In this document: positions 9,178 to 19,319 of the stretch, piece by piece
How the letters are laid out: each line of letters opens with the position of its first letter
Numbering within the stretch: position 1 is the first letter of the stretch
Source: Actinomycetota bacterium
GTDB lineage: Bacteria > Actinomycetota > UBA4738 > HRBIN12
NCBI GenBank assembly: GCA_035762085.1
Contig: DASTPT010000094.1
Span: 6,101 to 70,100 of the forward strand
DNA length: 64,000 bases
Reading direction: 5' to 3'
Notes under the pieces: generated by a model
The model's database searches: none
Seen by the model: only the letters and a program-made list of their open reading frames with translations
Told to the model about the DNA's origin: nothing
Program-made: the position numbers and the translations under genes

Positions 9178-10410
9178 TCAGCCGAGCGCCGCGAGGAAGT
9201 CGTCGAGGTCGGGCTCGACGTGGAAGCTCGGCTCGAGCGTGCCCTCGAGCGCCTCCACGGTCTTGTAGCCGTTCCCGGTGACGAGCGCGACGGTCTCCTC
9301 CTCGGGACCGACCACGCCCTGCTCGACCAGCCGTTTCAGCACGGCGATCGTCACGCCGCCGGCGGTCTCGGTGAACACGCCCTCGGTCTCGGCGAGCATC
9401 GCGATACCCTCGATCACCTCGGCCTCCGTGCACAGCTCGACGACGCCGCCGGTGCCGCGCGCGGTCTCGATCGCGTACCAGCCGTCGGCGGGACTGCCGA
9501 TCGCGAGCGAGCGCGCGATCGTGTCCGGCTTGACCGGACGGACCTCGGTCGCGTTCGTCCGGAACGCCTGCGCGACGGGAGAGCAACCCTCCGGCTGGGC
9601 GCCGCTGATCCGGTAGGGCGTCGGCTCGACCGCGCCGATCGCCTCGAGCTCGCGGAAGGCACGGTGGACCTTCGTCATGAGGGCGCCGGACGCGATCGGA
9701 ACCACGACGTGGTCGGGCAGGCGCCAGCCGAGCTGCTCGGCGACCTCGAACCCGAGCGACTTCGAGCCCTCGGCGTAGTACGGACGCATGTTCACGTTCA
9801 CGAACGCCCACGGCAGGGCCTCGGCCACCTCGGAGCACAGGCGGTTCACCGCGTCGTAGTTCCCCCTCACGGCGACGACCTTCGCGCCGTAGGCCTCGGT
9901 CGCGAGGATCTTCGCGCGCTCCAGGTCCTCGGGCACGAACACGTAGCACGGCATGCCCGCCTTCGCCGCGTGCGCCGCGGTCGCGTTCGCGAGGTTGCCC
10001 GTCGAGGCGCAGCTGATGGCCTCGAACCCGAATGCGCGGGCCATCGTGATGGCCACGCTCACGACCCGGTCCTTGAACGAGTTGCTCGGGTTCACCGAGT
10101 CGTCCTTGACCCAGAGCGCGCGCAGGCCCACCCGCTCGGCCAGGCGGTCGGCGCGCCGCAGCGGCGTGTACCCGGCGCCCAGGTCCACGCGCGGGATATC
10201 CGGCCCGCCGGGAAGGAGGAGCTCGTAGCGCCACAGGCTCTGTGGCCCGGCCTCGACGTCCTTGCGGAAGTCGAAGCCGTCCACGTGCGCCAGGTCGTAC
10301 GCGGGCTCGAGGGGGCCGAAGCACTCCTCGCAGATCGTGCGGGCCTCGACCGGGAAGCGCGTGGCGCACTCCCGGCACTCGAGCGCCGCGGGGCTGGTGA
10401 TCGTGGTCAT
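9178..10410 (-). CDS. thrC: threonine synthase
   Basis: 410 aa. N-terminal Cys4 zinc ribbon (CRECATRF...CEEC), PLP-binding Lys in SFKDR, full ThrC fold II PLP enzyme layout. Confidence 0.9.
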   Translation of the reverse strand: MTTITSPAALECRECATRFPVEARTICEECFGPLEPAYDLAHVDGFDFRKDVEAGPQSLWRYELLLPGGPDIPRVDLGAGYTPLRRADRLAERVGLRALWVKDDSVNPSNSFKDRVVSVAITMARAFGFEAISCASTGNLANATAAHAAKAGMPCYVFVPEDLERAKILATEAYGAKVVAVRGNYDAVNRLCSEVAEALPWAFVNVNMRPYYAEGSKSLGFEVAEQLGWRLPDHVVVPIASGALMTKVHRAFRELEAIGAVEPTPYRISGAQPEGCSPVAQAFRTNATEVRPVKPDTIARSLAIGSPADGWYAIETARGTGGVVELCTEAEVIEGIAMLAETEGVFTETAGGVTIAVLKRLVEQGVVGPEEETVALVTGNGYKTVEALEGTLEPSFHVEPDLDDFLAALG

Positions 10411-10545
10411 ACGTCCCGTCCTCGGCGTCTACCGCGAGGTCCGTAGCCTAGCGTCCCGTGGCCAGGCGACGCCCGGTGTCCCGACTTGCACCGGCTGGAT
10501 GAGGGTCCCTAGCATCGGGCGACCCCCGAGGAAGGGAGGACCCGC

Positions 10546-11892
10546 ATGCGCGGACGCGTCGCGGCCATGATGGCCGCACTGCTCCTCGGATCGCTGGTGG
10601 TATCGGCGCCCGTGGGCAACGCGGCGATCCCCGGAGCCGATCTGGTCCAGCTGTGCGAGAGCCTGTTCGGCGGCACGTTCGGCTCCCCGAACACGGAGAC
10701 CTTCGCGGCGTGCCAGTGGAACATGGCGTTGATCGACGCGTCGGACGACGGCAGCTACGGCCTCGCGACCGGCGCTGGCGTGAAGGTGGGCGTCATCGAC
10801 AGCGGCGTCGACTTCAACCACCCGGACATCGCGCCGAACCTGGACGTCGCCCTGTCGTGCTCGTTCATCTTCGACGACACGCCGACGGCCAACCCCGCCG
10901 AGATCGCGAACGGCGACTGCACGAACAAGACCGCCGTTCAGGACCTGGCCGGGCACGGCACGCACGTCGCGTCGCTCATCGCGGCGCCGGTCAACGGCGT
11001 CGGCATCGCGGGCGTGGCCCCCGAAGCGACGATCGTGGGGCTCAAGGCCTGCACCGAGCAGGGGCTCTGCTTCGTCGACTCGGTCGCGGCGGCGCTCCGG
11101 TACGCCGGCGACCAGGGCCTGGACGTCGTGAACCTCAGCCTGTTCGTCGACCCGTTCCTCTATTACTGCACGGACGACCCGGAGCAGCGCGGCATGCTGA
11201 AGACGCTCGAGCGCGCGGTCCGCTACGCGCAGCAGCGCGGCGTGCTCGTCGTGGCCTCCGCCGGGAACGAGACCGACGACCTGCAGCACCCCACGACCGA
11301 TGAGATCAGCCCGGACTGGCCGCCGGACTCCGCGGAGATCCGCTTCATCCACAACAACTGCCGCGTGGCGCCGGCCGAGATCGCCCGCGTGCTCACCGTC
11401 TCGGCGACCGGACCGATCGGGTACCCCGAGTACGACCTCTGGATCGCCGACTACTCGAGCGTCGGGATGTCGATCGTGGACGTCACCGCCCCCGGCGGCG
11501 ACTACTTCCGGGCGAGCGGGACCGTGCAGGACGCCGTACTGGGGGCGATCCCGATCGGCTCGGCGATCTGGAACGCGTTCGACCCGCTCAACGCCAACTT
11601 CCCGGGCATCACCACCACGGACGCCGGAGCCGGCTACATCTTCCTCAACGGCACGTCGATGTCGTCGCCACATGCCGCGGGGGTCGCGGCACTGGTCGTC
11701 GAGATGCACCCGGCCTGGGCCCCCGGCGCGGTGAAGGCGGCGGTGCAACGCACGGCCGAGCAGCTCCCCTGTCCCGAGGACTGGGAGCCGCTGTTCCCGG
11801 GCGACGACCGCCAGCGCTGCTACGGCAGGAACGGCCGGACGTCGTTCTTCGGCCACGGGCTCGTGAACGCCGAGGCCGCCGCCTCCGCGTAG
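10546..11892 (+). CDS. secreted subtilisin-like serine protease (peptidase S8)
   Basis: Signal peptide. Catalytic triad motifs VIDSGVDFNHPD (Asp), GHGTHVAS (His), GTSMSSPHAAGVAAL (Ser). Confidence 0.9.
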   Translation: MRGRVAAMMAALLLGSLVVSAPVGNAAIPGADLVQLCESLFGGTFGSPNTETFAACQWNMALIDASDDGSYGLATGAGVKVGVIDSGVDFNHPDIAPNLDVALSCSFIFDDTPTANPAEIANGDCTNKTAVQDLAGHGTHVASLIAAPVNGVGIAGVAPEATIVGLKACTEQGLCFVDSVAAALRYAGDQGLDVVNLSLFVDPFLYYCTDDPEQRGMLKTLERAVRYAQQRGVLVVASAGNETDDLQHPTTDEISPDWPPDSAEIRFIHNNCRVAPAEIARVLTVSATGPIGYPEYDLWIADYSSVGMSIVDVTAPGGDYFRASGTVQDAVLGAIPIGSAIWNAFDPLNANFPGITTTDAGAGYIFLNGTSMSSPHAAGVAALVVEMHPAWAPGAVKAAVQRTAEQLPCPEDWEPLFPGDDRQRCYGRNGRTSFFGHGLVNAEAAASA

Positions 11893-11909
11893 CGGGCCCG
11901 TCCGTTCGA

Positions 11910-11943
11910 GATCCGGCCCCCGACTGGGCGCGGGGGCCGGATC
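11910..11943. terminator. bidirectional intrinsic-terminator-like hairpin between convergent protease and ilvD genes
   Basis: Perfect 13-bp inverted repeat GATCCGGCCCCCG-(8 nt)-CGGGGGCCGGATC, placed exactly between two convergent stop codons. Confidence 0.55.
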
Positions 11944-11947
11944 TCGT

Positions 11948-13627
11948 TCACCAGGTCACGGCGCCATGGTTGGCCTGGCCCACCACGGCCCCGTACTTCG
12001 CGAGCGCACCCTGCGTGTAGCGCGGGGCGGGCGCGGACCACTCGGCGCGGCGGCGCTCGAGCTCGGCGTCGTCCACCTCGACCGCGATCCTCCGCGCGTC
12101 GGCGTCGATCACGATCCGGTCCCCGTCGCGCACGAGCGCGATCGGGCCGCCGACGAACGCCTCGGGCGCGATGTGCCCGACGCTGAAGCCCTTCGTGGCG
12201 CCGCTGAACCGCCCGTCGGTGATGAGGGCCACCTCCTTGCCGAGACCCGCGCCGGCGACCGCCGCCGTCACCGCGAGCATCTCGGGCATGCCGGGCGCGC
12301 CCCTCGGACCCTCGTACCGGATCACGAGGACGTCGCCCGGCACGATCGCGCCGCCCGTGACCGCCGCGAACGCGTCGATCTCGGAGTCGAAGACCTTCGC
12401 GGTGCCGGTGAACACGAGGCCCTCGGCACCGGCCGCCTTCATCACCGCGCCGTCGGGCGCGAGGTTCCCGCGCAGGATCGCGGTCCCGCCCCACGGGTGC
12501 AGCGGCGCGTCGAACGCCCGCACGACCACGCCGTCGGGCGCCGGCGGGTTCACGGCCTCGAGGTTCTCGGCCTGTGTCTTGCCGGTCACCGTGAGGCAGT
12601 CGCCGTGCAGCAGGCCGTGATCGAGGAGCACCTTCATCACGACCGGCACGCCGCCGACCCGGTCGAGGTCGCTCATCACGAAGCGTCCGGCCGGGCGGAC
12701 GTCCACGAGGTGCGGCACGTCGCGCGCGATGCGGTCGAAGTCCTCGAGCTCGAGCCCGACGTGCGCCTCGCGGGCGATCGCGAGCAGGTGCAGGACCGCG
12801 TTCGTCGAGCCCGCGAGCGCCATCGTGACGGCGATCGCGTTCTCGAACGCTTCCGTGGTCATGATCTCGCGCGGGAGCGGGCCGCCGTCCGCGACGAGCC
12901 GGGCGGCGAGCGCTCCGGACTCGCGCGCCGCGACCTCGCGGCGGTAGTCGACGGCGGGTGGGCTCGCGCTGCCGGGGATCGACATCCCGAGCGCCTCGCC
13001 CACCGCGGCCATCGTGTTCGCCGTGTACATCCCGGCGCACGACCCGGCCCCCGGGCACGCCGAGCGCTCGACGCCCAGGAGCTCCTCGTCGGACAGGGTC
13101 CCCTTCGCGTGGGCACCCAGGGCCTCGAACACGTCCTGGATCGTGACGTCACGACCCTCGTAGGTGCCGGGCAGGATCGTGCCGCCGTAGAGGTAGACGC
13201 TCGGCAGGTTCAGCCGGGCCATCGCCATGAGCATCCCGGGCTCGGACTTGTCGCATCCGGCGATCCCGACGAGCGCGTCCATGCGCTCGGCGTGCATCAT
13301 GAGCTCGACCGAGTCGGCGATGAGGTCGCGCGACATCAGCGAGGCCTTCATCCCCTCGTGCCCCATCGAGATGGCGTCGCTCACCGCGATCGTCGTGAAC
13401 TCGATCGGCACGGCGTCGCCCTGCCGCACGCCCTCCTTCGAGAGCGCCGCGAGCTTGTCGAGGTGGTAGTTGCAGGGGGTCACCTCGTTCCAGCTGGAGG
13501 CCACGCCAACCTGCGGCTTGCCGAAGTCGTCCTCGCCGAAGCCGACGGCTCGGAGCATCGCGCGAGCGGGTGCGCTCCTCGGGCCCTCGGTGACCATCCA
13601 GCTCCGCGGTCTGCGGTCGGGGCTCAT
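11948..13627 (-). CDS. ilvD: dihydroxy-acid dehydratase
   Basis: 559 aa. IlvD/EDD family motifs (CDKSEPGM region, SDGRFSG, Fe-S Cys ligands), full length. Confidence 0.95.
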   Translation of the reverse strand: MSPDRRPRSWMVTEGPRSAPARAMLRAVGFGEDDFGKPQVGVASSWNEVTPCNYHLDKLAALSKEGVRQGDAVPIEFTTIAVSDAISMGHEGMKASLMSRDLIADSVELMMHAERMDALVGIAGCDKSEPGMLMAMARLNLPSVYLYGGTILPGTYEGRDVTIQDVFEALGAHAKGTLSDEELLGVERSACPGAGSCAGMYTANTMAAVGEALGMSIPGSASPPAVDYRREVAARESGALAARLVADGGPLPREIMTTEAFENAIAVTMALAGSTNAVLHLLAIAREAHVGLELEDFDRIARDVPHLVDVRPAGRFVMSDLDRVGGVPVVMKVLLDHGLLHGDCLTVTGKTQAENLEAVNPPAPDGVVVRAFDAPLHPWGGTAILRGNLAPDGAVMKAAGAEGLVFTGTAKVFDSEIDAFAAVTGGAIVPGDVLVIRYEGPRGAPGMPEMLAVTAAVAGAGLGKEVALITDGRFSGATKGFSVGHIAPEAFVGGPIALVRDGDRIVIDADARRIAVEVDDAELERRRAEWSAPAPRYTQGALAKYGAVVGQANHGAVTW

Positions 13628-13696
13628 CGCGTGCCACCTCCTTCGCCGGGACGTGCCCGCACGATAGCAGCGAAGCTCTGTCCGATGGACCTCGCG

Positions 13697-14476
13697 TCAG
13701 GCGGATACGAACGACAGGAGGAACGCGCCGGACGGGTCGAGGAGCGTCAGCGTCCGGCCCTCGATCCCGAACGTCGCGGCGCGGTCGAGCGCTTCGAAGA
13801 ACGCCGTCTCCTGCGCCATCACGTCCGGTTCGCACGCGATCGCGGTGGCCTCGATCTCGCCGACCACGATCGCGTCTGCATCGACCTCGTACGGGGCGCC
13901 GTATCCGTTGCAGCCACCGCTTCCCGCCAGCCTGCCCTCGGTGTCGAACGTCGCGGTGACCTCGGTCCCTGCCAGGACGGAGGACACGGTCCCGCCCTCG
14001 CCGCCGATCCCGTCGAGCCGCCATGCCGTCCCCTCGAGCGGCAGCGCGCGCTCTGCCGAGAACCGGAGCGCCGGCCCGCCGCCCTCGAGCAGCAGGTCCG
14101 CGCCGTCGAAGCGGTACGACGCGACACGACCGAGCGCCGCCACGAACGCCGCCTCGAGCGCCATCACGGGCTCGTCGCACGCCATCTCGGTCATGCCCTC
14201 GACGCGGATCGAGATCTCGCCGTCCTCGCCCACCTCGTACGTCCCGCCATAGAGGTTGCATGCGGCCGTCCCACCGGCCTCACCGTCCCGGAGCCGGATC
14301 GTCGCGCAGGCGTCGCCGCGCGCATCGGGCTCGAGGGTCGCGACCGAGCTCGGATCGAGGATCCAGGTGACGCCCATGAGCTCCGGGTCCGCGCCGCGCA
14401 CGGACGGGTCGTCGGAGCATGCGGCCAGGACCGCGGCGGTGAGGGCGATCGTGACGGCGAACCGGGGGGTGCGCAT
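13697..14476 (-). CDS. META-domain (DUF306/HslJ-like) lipoprotein
   Basis: Starts MRTPRFAVTIALTAAVLAAC (lipobox LAAC) and carries two META-like repeats. The upstream 450 aa of the track ORF 13697..15844 are antisense artefact over the flavoprotein gene. Confidence 0.7.
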   Translation of the reverse strand: MRTPRFAVTIALTAAVLAACSDDPSVRGADPELMGVTWILDPSSVATLEPDARGDACATIRLRDGEAGGTAACNLYGGTYEVGEDGEISIRVEGMTEMACDEPVMALEAAFVAALGRVASYRFDGADLLLEGGGPALRFSAERALPLEGTAWRLDGIGGEGGTVSSVLAGTEVTATFDTEGRLAGSGGCNGYGAPYEVDADAIVVGEIEATAIACEPDVMAQETAFFEALDRAATFGIEGRTLTLLDPSGAFLLSFVSA

Positions 14477-14665
14477 CGGAAGCGTCCTTTCGGCGCAGGC
14501 GTCCAACGCTGGGACGTACCGATGACCGCGGTCGGTTCCGCGGCCGAGGTGATCGCCCGGCCGACGCCGCTCATACCATGATGGACGACCCCGGGCATCC
14601 GCGAGACGCTCCCCACGGCGATGGGGCAGGATGACGGAGAGCCCGACCGAAGGAGTGACCCCTCG

Positions 14666-16090
14666 ATGCCCGCAGTGCCGCGTCCCGCGGAGCGCTCGTG
14701 GTGGCTCGAGGAGGCGCTCGCCCGTCCGGAGTTCGTCGGTCCGGCCACGCCGCCGCTGCGCGGCGACACGACGGCCGACGTCCTGATCCTCGGCGGCGGG
14801 TACACCGGGATGTGGACCGCCTGGTTCCTGAAGGAGCGCGAGCCGGACCTGGACGTCGTCCTGCTCGAGGCCGACATCTGCGGGGGCGGGCCGAGCGGCC
14901 GCAACGGCGGCTTCTGCGACGGCTGGTGGGGTCACATCGGCGACATGGTGCAGACGTACGGGGAGGCCGACGCGCTCGAGCTGCTCATGACCTGCGGGCG
15001 CTCGCCGGCCGAGATCGGGGCCTGGTGCGAGCGTCACGGCGTCGACGCATGGTTCACGCAGGGCGGCGACCTCGCCGTCGCGACGAGCCCCAGCGCCGAG
15101 GGCCGGTGGGAGGGCACGATCGAGGCCGCGCACCGCCTGGGCGTCGAGGACGAGTACCGCGCGCTCACGCCCGAGCAGGTCCAGGAGCGCTGCGCGTCGC
15201 CGGCGTTCGGCGGCGGCATGCTGATCGCCGACGCCGCGAACGTCCAGCCGGCGCGGCTCGCTCGAGGGCTCCGCAACATCCTGATCGAGCGCGGCGTCCG
15301 GATCTTCGAGGGTACGCCCGTCACGCGCTTCCGCGCCTCGAGGCCGGCGGTCGCCGAGACCCCGGGCGGCACGGTCCGAGCCGGTGAGGCCGTGATCGGG
15401 CTCGGCGCATGGGCCACGTGGTGGCGGGCGTTCAAGCCGATCCTGACGGTCCGCGGCTCGTACATGGTGATCACCGCGCCGGCGCCGGAGCGGCTCGAGC
15501 AGATGGGGTGGACCGGTGGCGAGCAGGTGCGCGACATCCGCTCCTCGATCCACTACGGGCGCACGACCCCGGACGGACGGATCGCGCTCGGTCTCGGCGG
15601 TCTGCAGCCCGATCTGGCTCGTCGGATCGACCGCCGGTACGACTACGAGGAACGGTACGCGGTCCGCGTCGCGCGGGACGTCGCGCGGCTGTTCCCCGCG
15701 TTCGCCGACGTGCCGGTCGAGGCGGCTTGGGGCGGTCCGATCAACGTGAGCGGGTTCACGATGCCGTTCTTCGGCTCGATGGGCGCCGCCGGCAACGTCC
15801 ACTACGGCGTCGGGTACACGGGCAACGGCGTCGGGCCGAGCCACCTGGGCGGCAAGATCCTCGCGGCCCTCGCCACCCGTGCCGAGGACGGCTTCACGCG
15901 TCTGGCCGTCGTCGGCCGGGAGCCGAAGCGCTTCCCGCCCGAGCCGATCCGCTCGCCGGGGATGATGCTGGCGAACGCGGCGATCCGCCGGAAGGACGAT
16001 CTGGAGGACGCGCGCCGGCGCGTCGACCCGCTCACGGGGTTCGTCGCCCGACTGCCGCGCCGGATGGGCTTCAACCTGGGTCCGCGATGA
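14666..16090 (+). CDS. FAD-dependent oxidoreductase, DAO family (paralog 1)
   Basis: Dinucleotide-binding GGGYTGMWTA motif, conserved SGRNGG, C-terminal AWGGP...HYGVGYTGNGV. About 60% identical to the next gene. The start is taken at MPAVPRPAERSWW by analogy with the paralog; the track start is 14621. Confidence 0.85.
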   Translation: MPAVPRPAERSWWLEEALARPEFVGPATPPLRGDTTADVLILGGGYTGMWTAWFLKEREPDLDVVLLEADICGGGPSGRNGGFCDGWWGHIGDMVQTYGEADALELLMTCGRSPAEIGAWCERHGVDAWFTQGGDLAVATSPSAEGRWEGTIEAAHRLGVEDEYRALTPEQVQERCASPAFGGGMLIADAANVQPARLARGLRNILIERGVRIFEGTPVTRFRASRPAVAETPGGTVRAGEAVIGLGAWATWWRAFKPILTVRGSYMVITAPAPERLEQMGWTGGEQVRDIRSSIHYGRTTPDGRIALGLGGLQPDLARRIDRRYDYEERYAVRVARDVARLFPAFADVPVEAAWGGPINVSGFTMPFFGSMGAAGNVHYGVGYTGNGVGPSHLGGKILAALATRAEDGFTRLAVVGREPKRFPPEPIRSPGMMLANAAIRRKDDLEDARRRVDPLTGFVARLPRRMGFNLGPR

Positions 16091-17523
16091 GGCCGAGGCG
16101 CCGACCGACGGACCTCCCGCGCCCGGCCGAGGGCTCGTGGTGGCTCGAGGAGTGCCTGGCGCTCCCGGAGTTCGCCGGCCCCGACACCCCGCCGCTCGGA
16201 CGCGATACGAGCGCCGACGTCGTGATCGTGGGGGGCGGCTACACGGGCATGTGGACGGCGTGGTCGCTGCTGGAGCGCGCGCCCGGGATCGACGTCGTCC
16301 TGCTGGAGCAGGGGATCTGCGGCGGCGGGCCTAGCGGACGCAACGGCGGGTTCTGCAACGGCCTGTGGGAGGAGGCCGACCTGCTGATCGCCGAGCTCGG
16401 GGCCGAGGGCGCGCGTCGGACCGCGCTCGCGGCCGAGGCCTGTGTCCGCGAGATCGGCGCGTGGTGCGAGGAGCATGCGGTCGACGCATGGTTCGACCCC
16501 GTCGGGCACCTGGGCGTCTCGACCTCGGCGTCGCAGGACGGGGGATGGCGACCCACGGTCGAGGCGGCCCAGAGCCTGGGCTCGGACTGGTACCTCGAGC
16601 TCGCGCCGTCCGAGGTGCGCGAGCGCTGCGACTCGCCCGTCTTCCGCGCCGGCGTCCTCACGCCCGGGGCCGCGATGGTCCAGCCGGCCCGGCTGGCGCG
16701 AGGGCTCCGCCGGGTCCTGCTCGAGCGCGGCGTCCGGATCCACGAGGGCACGCCGGTGACGCGGTTCCGCGGCCGCGACGGCGCGGTCCACGTCGAGACG
16801 CCGGGCGGGACCGTGCGCGCCAGAGCCGCGGTGCTCGGCCTGGGCGCATACGCGGCCCCGCTGCGACCGTTCCGCCGCACCGTGCTCCCCCGGGGGACGT
16901 ACATCATCCTCACCGAGCCGATCCCCGACCGCCTCGACCGGCTCGGGTGGACGGGCGGCGAGGGGATCTACGACCTCCGCACCGCGCTCCACTACGTGCG
17001 CACGACGCGGGACGGGCGGATCGCGTTCGGTGCGGCGTCCTCGCGCGCGGGCCTGGGGACCGGGCTCGGACCTCGGCTGCGGTACGACGAGCGGAGCGTC
17101 CGTCGGCTGCTGCACGACTTCGCGCGTTGGTTCCCCGCGCTAGCCGACGTCCGGTTCGAGTGCGCCTGGGGGGGGCCGATGGACGTGACCGCCCTGCACA
17201 TCCCGTTCTTCGGCACGCTGCCCGGGGGCGGGGTCCACTACGGGCTCGGCTACACCGGCGGGGGCGTCGGCCCGTGCCGGCTGGGCGGCAAGATCCTGTC
17301 GGGCCTGGCGCTCGGGGTCGAGGACGAGCACACGACGCTGCCGCTCGTCGGCATCCGACCGCGGCCCTTCCCTCCCGAGCCCGTCCGCTCGGTCGGCGCC
17401 GCGATCGCGCAGGAGGCGATCGTCCGGAAGGACGAGGCCGAGGACGAGGGCCGCCGCCCGAACCGTCTCGTCGACCTGATCGCCCGGCTGCCGCGGCGGA
17501 TGGGCTACCACCTCGGCCCGTAG
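16087..17523 (+). CDS. FAD-dependent oxidoreductase, DAO family (paralog 2, tandem duplicate)
   Basis: The same motifs as paralog 1. The ATG overlaps the stop of paralog 1 (ATGA). The track ORF 15409..17523 carries a spurious N-terminal extension. Confidence 0.85.
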   Translation: MRPRRRPTDLPRPAEGSWWLEECLALPEFAGPDTPPLGRDTSADVVIVGGGYTGMWTAWSLLERAPGIDVVLLEQGICGGGPSGRNGGFCNGLWEEADLLIAELGAEGARRTALAAEACVREIGAWCEEHAVDAWFDPVGHLGVSTSASQDGGWRPTVEAAQSLGSDWYLELAPSEVRERCDSPVFRAGVLTPGAAMVQPARLARGLRRVLLERGVRIHEGTPVTRFRGRDGAVHVETPGGTVRARAAVLGLGAYAAPLRPFRRTVLPRGTYIILTEPIPDRLDRLGWTGGEGIYDLRTALHYVRTTRDGRIAFGAASSRAGLGTGLGPRLRYDERSVRRLLHDFARWFPALADVRFECAWGGPMDVTALHIPFFGTLPGGGVHYGLGYTGGGVGPCRLGGKILSGLALGVEDEHTTLPLVGIRPRPFPPEPVRSVGAAIAQEAIVRKDEAEDEGRRPNRLVDLIARLPRRMGYHLGP

Positions 17524-17593
17524 GCGGCCGCGTTCGGCCTCCCGACGCGCCGGTGTCGCCGTCGTAGGCTGGAGGTTCACGGGGGAGGATCTC

Positions 17594-18493
17594 GTGGCCG
17601 ACGTCATCGTGGCCGACAACCTCACGAAGTCCTACGGGACCCGTCGGGGCGTGGTCGAGCTCACCTTCACGGTCGCCCCGGGTGAGGTGTTCGGTTACCT
17701 GGGGCCGAACGGCGCCGGCAAGACCACGACGATCCGCACGCTGCTGGACCTCCTGCGCCCGACGAGCGGCCGGGCGACCGTGCTCGGGATGGACACGCAC
17801 CGCGACGCCGTCCGGATCCACGGTCGCGTCGGGTACCTGCCGGGCGAGTTCTCGCTGTACGAGCGGATGACCGGCGGGGAGTACCTGACGTACCTCGGCA
17901 ACCTGCGCGGCGGCGTGCCCGCCGACCACGTCCTCGACCTGGCCGAGCGCCTGGACGTGGAGCTCGGGATCCGCATCAAGACGCTCAGCCACGGCAACCG
18001 GCAGAAGCTCGGTCTGGTCCAGGCGTTCATGCACCGACCCGAGCTGCTGATCCTGGACGAGCCGACCCAGGGACTGGACCCGCTGATCCAGCAGGTGTTC
18101 TACGAGCTCGTCGAGGAGACCCGGGCCGACGGGCGCACCGTGTTCCTGTCCTCGCACGTGATGCCCGAGGTGGAGCGCGTGTGCGACCGTGTCGGGATCA
18201 TCCGCGAGGGTCGGCTCGTGGCCGTCGAGGACATCGGCGACCTGCGCGCGAAGGAGATCCGCACGCTCGACGTCCACTTCGCCGCCCCGATCCGACCCGA
18301 CGCGTTCGACGGCGTGCCGGGCGTCCACGAGGCCGCGGTGGTCGGCGACGCCGCGCGGATCACCGTCGGCGGCCCGATGGATGCCGTGATCAAGCGCGCC
18401 GCGGCGTTCGAGATCGTCGACCTGCGCAGCCACGAGCTCAGCCTCGAGGAGATCTTCCTCACGTTCTACGGGGGTGACGGCGGTGGCGAGTGA
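17594..18493 (+). CDS. ABC transporter ATP-binding protein (ABC-2 type exporter)
   Basis: Walker A GPNGAGKTT, signature LSHGNRQK, Walker B LLILDEPT. Confidence 0.9.
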   Translation: MADVIVADNLTKSYGTRRGVVELTFTVAPGEVFGYLGPNGAGKTTTIRTLLDLLRPTSGRATVLGMDTHRDAVRIHGRVGYLPGEFSLYERMTGGEYLTYLGNLRGGVPADHVLDLAERLDVELGIRIKTLSHGNRQKLGLVQAFMHRPELLILDEPTQGLDPLIQQVFYELVEETRADGRTVFLSSHVMPEVERVCDRVGIIREGRLVAVEDIGDLRAKEIRTLDVHFAAPIRPDAFDGVPGVHEAAVVGDAARITVGGPMDAVIKRAAAFEIVDLRSHELSLEEIFLTFYGGDGGGE

Positions 18494-19316
18494 GGCGCTC
18501 CGCGCTCGGCCGATGTTGCGGACGGTGCTCGGCAAGACGGTGAGCGAGCAGCGCCGCGCGCTCCTGTGGTGGGCGCTCGGGCTGTTCCTGTCGGGCGCGA
18601 CGTACGCGCCGTTCTACCCGAGCATCGTGGAGAACGCGGAGACGCTCGACCAGTACATGGAGAGCATGCCCGAGTTCATGAAGGAGGCGTTCCTCGGTGC
18701 GAGCGGCGACTTCACGTCGCCCGCCGGCTACCTGAACACCGAGCTGTTCAACCTCTTCGCGCCGCTGCTGCTGCTCCTGTTCGCGATCGGCGCGGGTGCC
18801 CGGGCGATCGCCGGCGAGGAGGAGCGGCAGACGCTCGACATCCTGCTCTCGACGCCGGTGCCGAGACACCGGGTGGTGATCCACAAGTTCGGGGCGATGC
18901 TCGTTGGGGGCGCCGTGCTCTCCGTCGCGCTATGGCTCTCGGTCCCGCTCACCGGCCCCCCGTTCGACCTGACCCCGAGCCTCGTGGATCTCACCGCGGC
19001 CGTGTTCATGTGCTTCCTGCTCGCGATGGCCTTCGGGGCGATCGCGCTCGCGATCGGCGCGGCGACGGGTCGGCGCGCGCTCGCGGTCGGCGTGACGGCG
19101 GGGATCGCCGCCGGGGCGTACCTGCTCGACCTCCTGGTGCCGGCGATCGACTCGATCGAGTTCCTCCAGCTGCTCTCGCCGTTCCACTACTACCTGGGCG
19201 CCGAGCCGATGATGCGCGGCCTGGACGTCGGGAACTCGCTCGTGCTCGCGGGCATCGCCGTCGTCGCGTTCGGCGCCGCGGTCCTGCTGTTCGAGCGGCG
19301 GGATCTGGCCGCGTGA
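18474..19316 (+). CDS. ABC-2 family transporter permease
   Basis: 280 aa, 6 predicted TM helices. The start overlaps the ATPase gene. Confidence 0.75.
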   Translation: MTAVASEALRARPMLRTVLGKTVSEQRRALLWWALGLFLSGATYAPFYPSIVENAETLDQYMESMPEFMKEAFLGASGDFTSPAGYLNTELFNLFAPLLLLLFAIGAGARAIAGEEERQTLDILLSTPVPRHRVVIHKFGAMLVGGAVLSVALWLSVPLTGPPFDLTPSLVDLTAAVFMCFLLAMAFGAIALAIGAATGRRALAVGVTAGIAAGAYLLDLLVPAIDSIEFLQLLSPFHYYLGAEPMMRGLDVGNSLVLAGIAVVAFGAAVLLFERRDLAA

Positions 19317-19319
19317 GCC

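Noticed and set aside
13697-15844. 715-aa ORF suggesting a large protein
   Set aside because: It is chimeric. Only the last 259 aa (from MRTPRFAV..., with a lipobox) form the META-domain lipoprotein. The rest overlaps the flavoprotein gene on the other strand.
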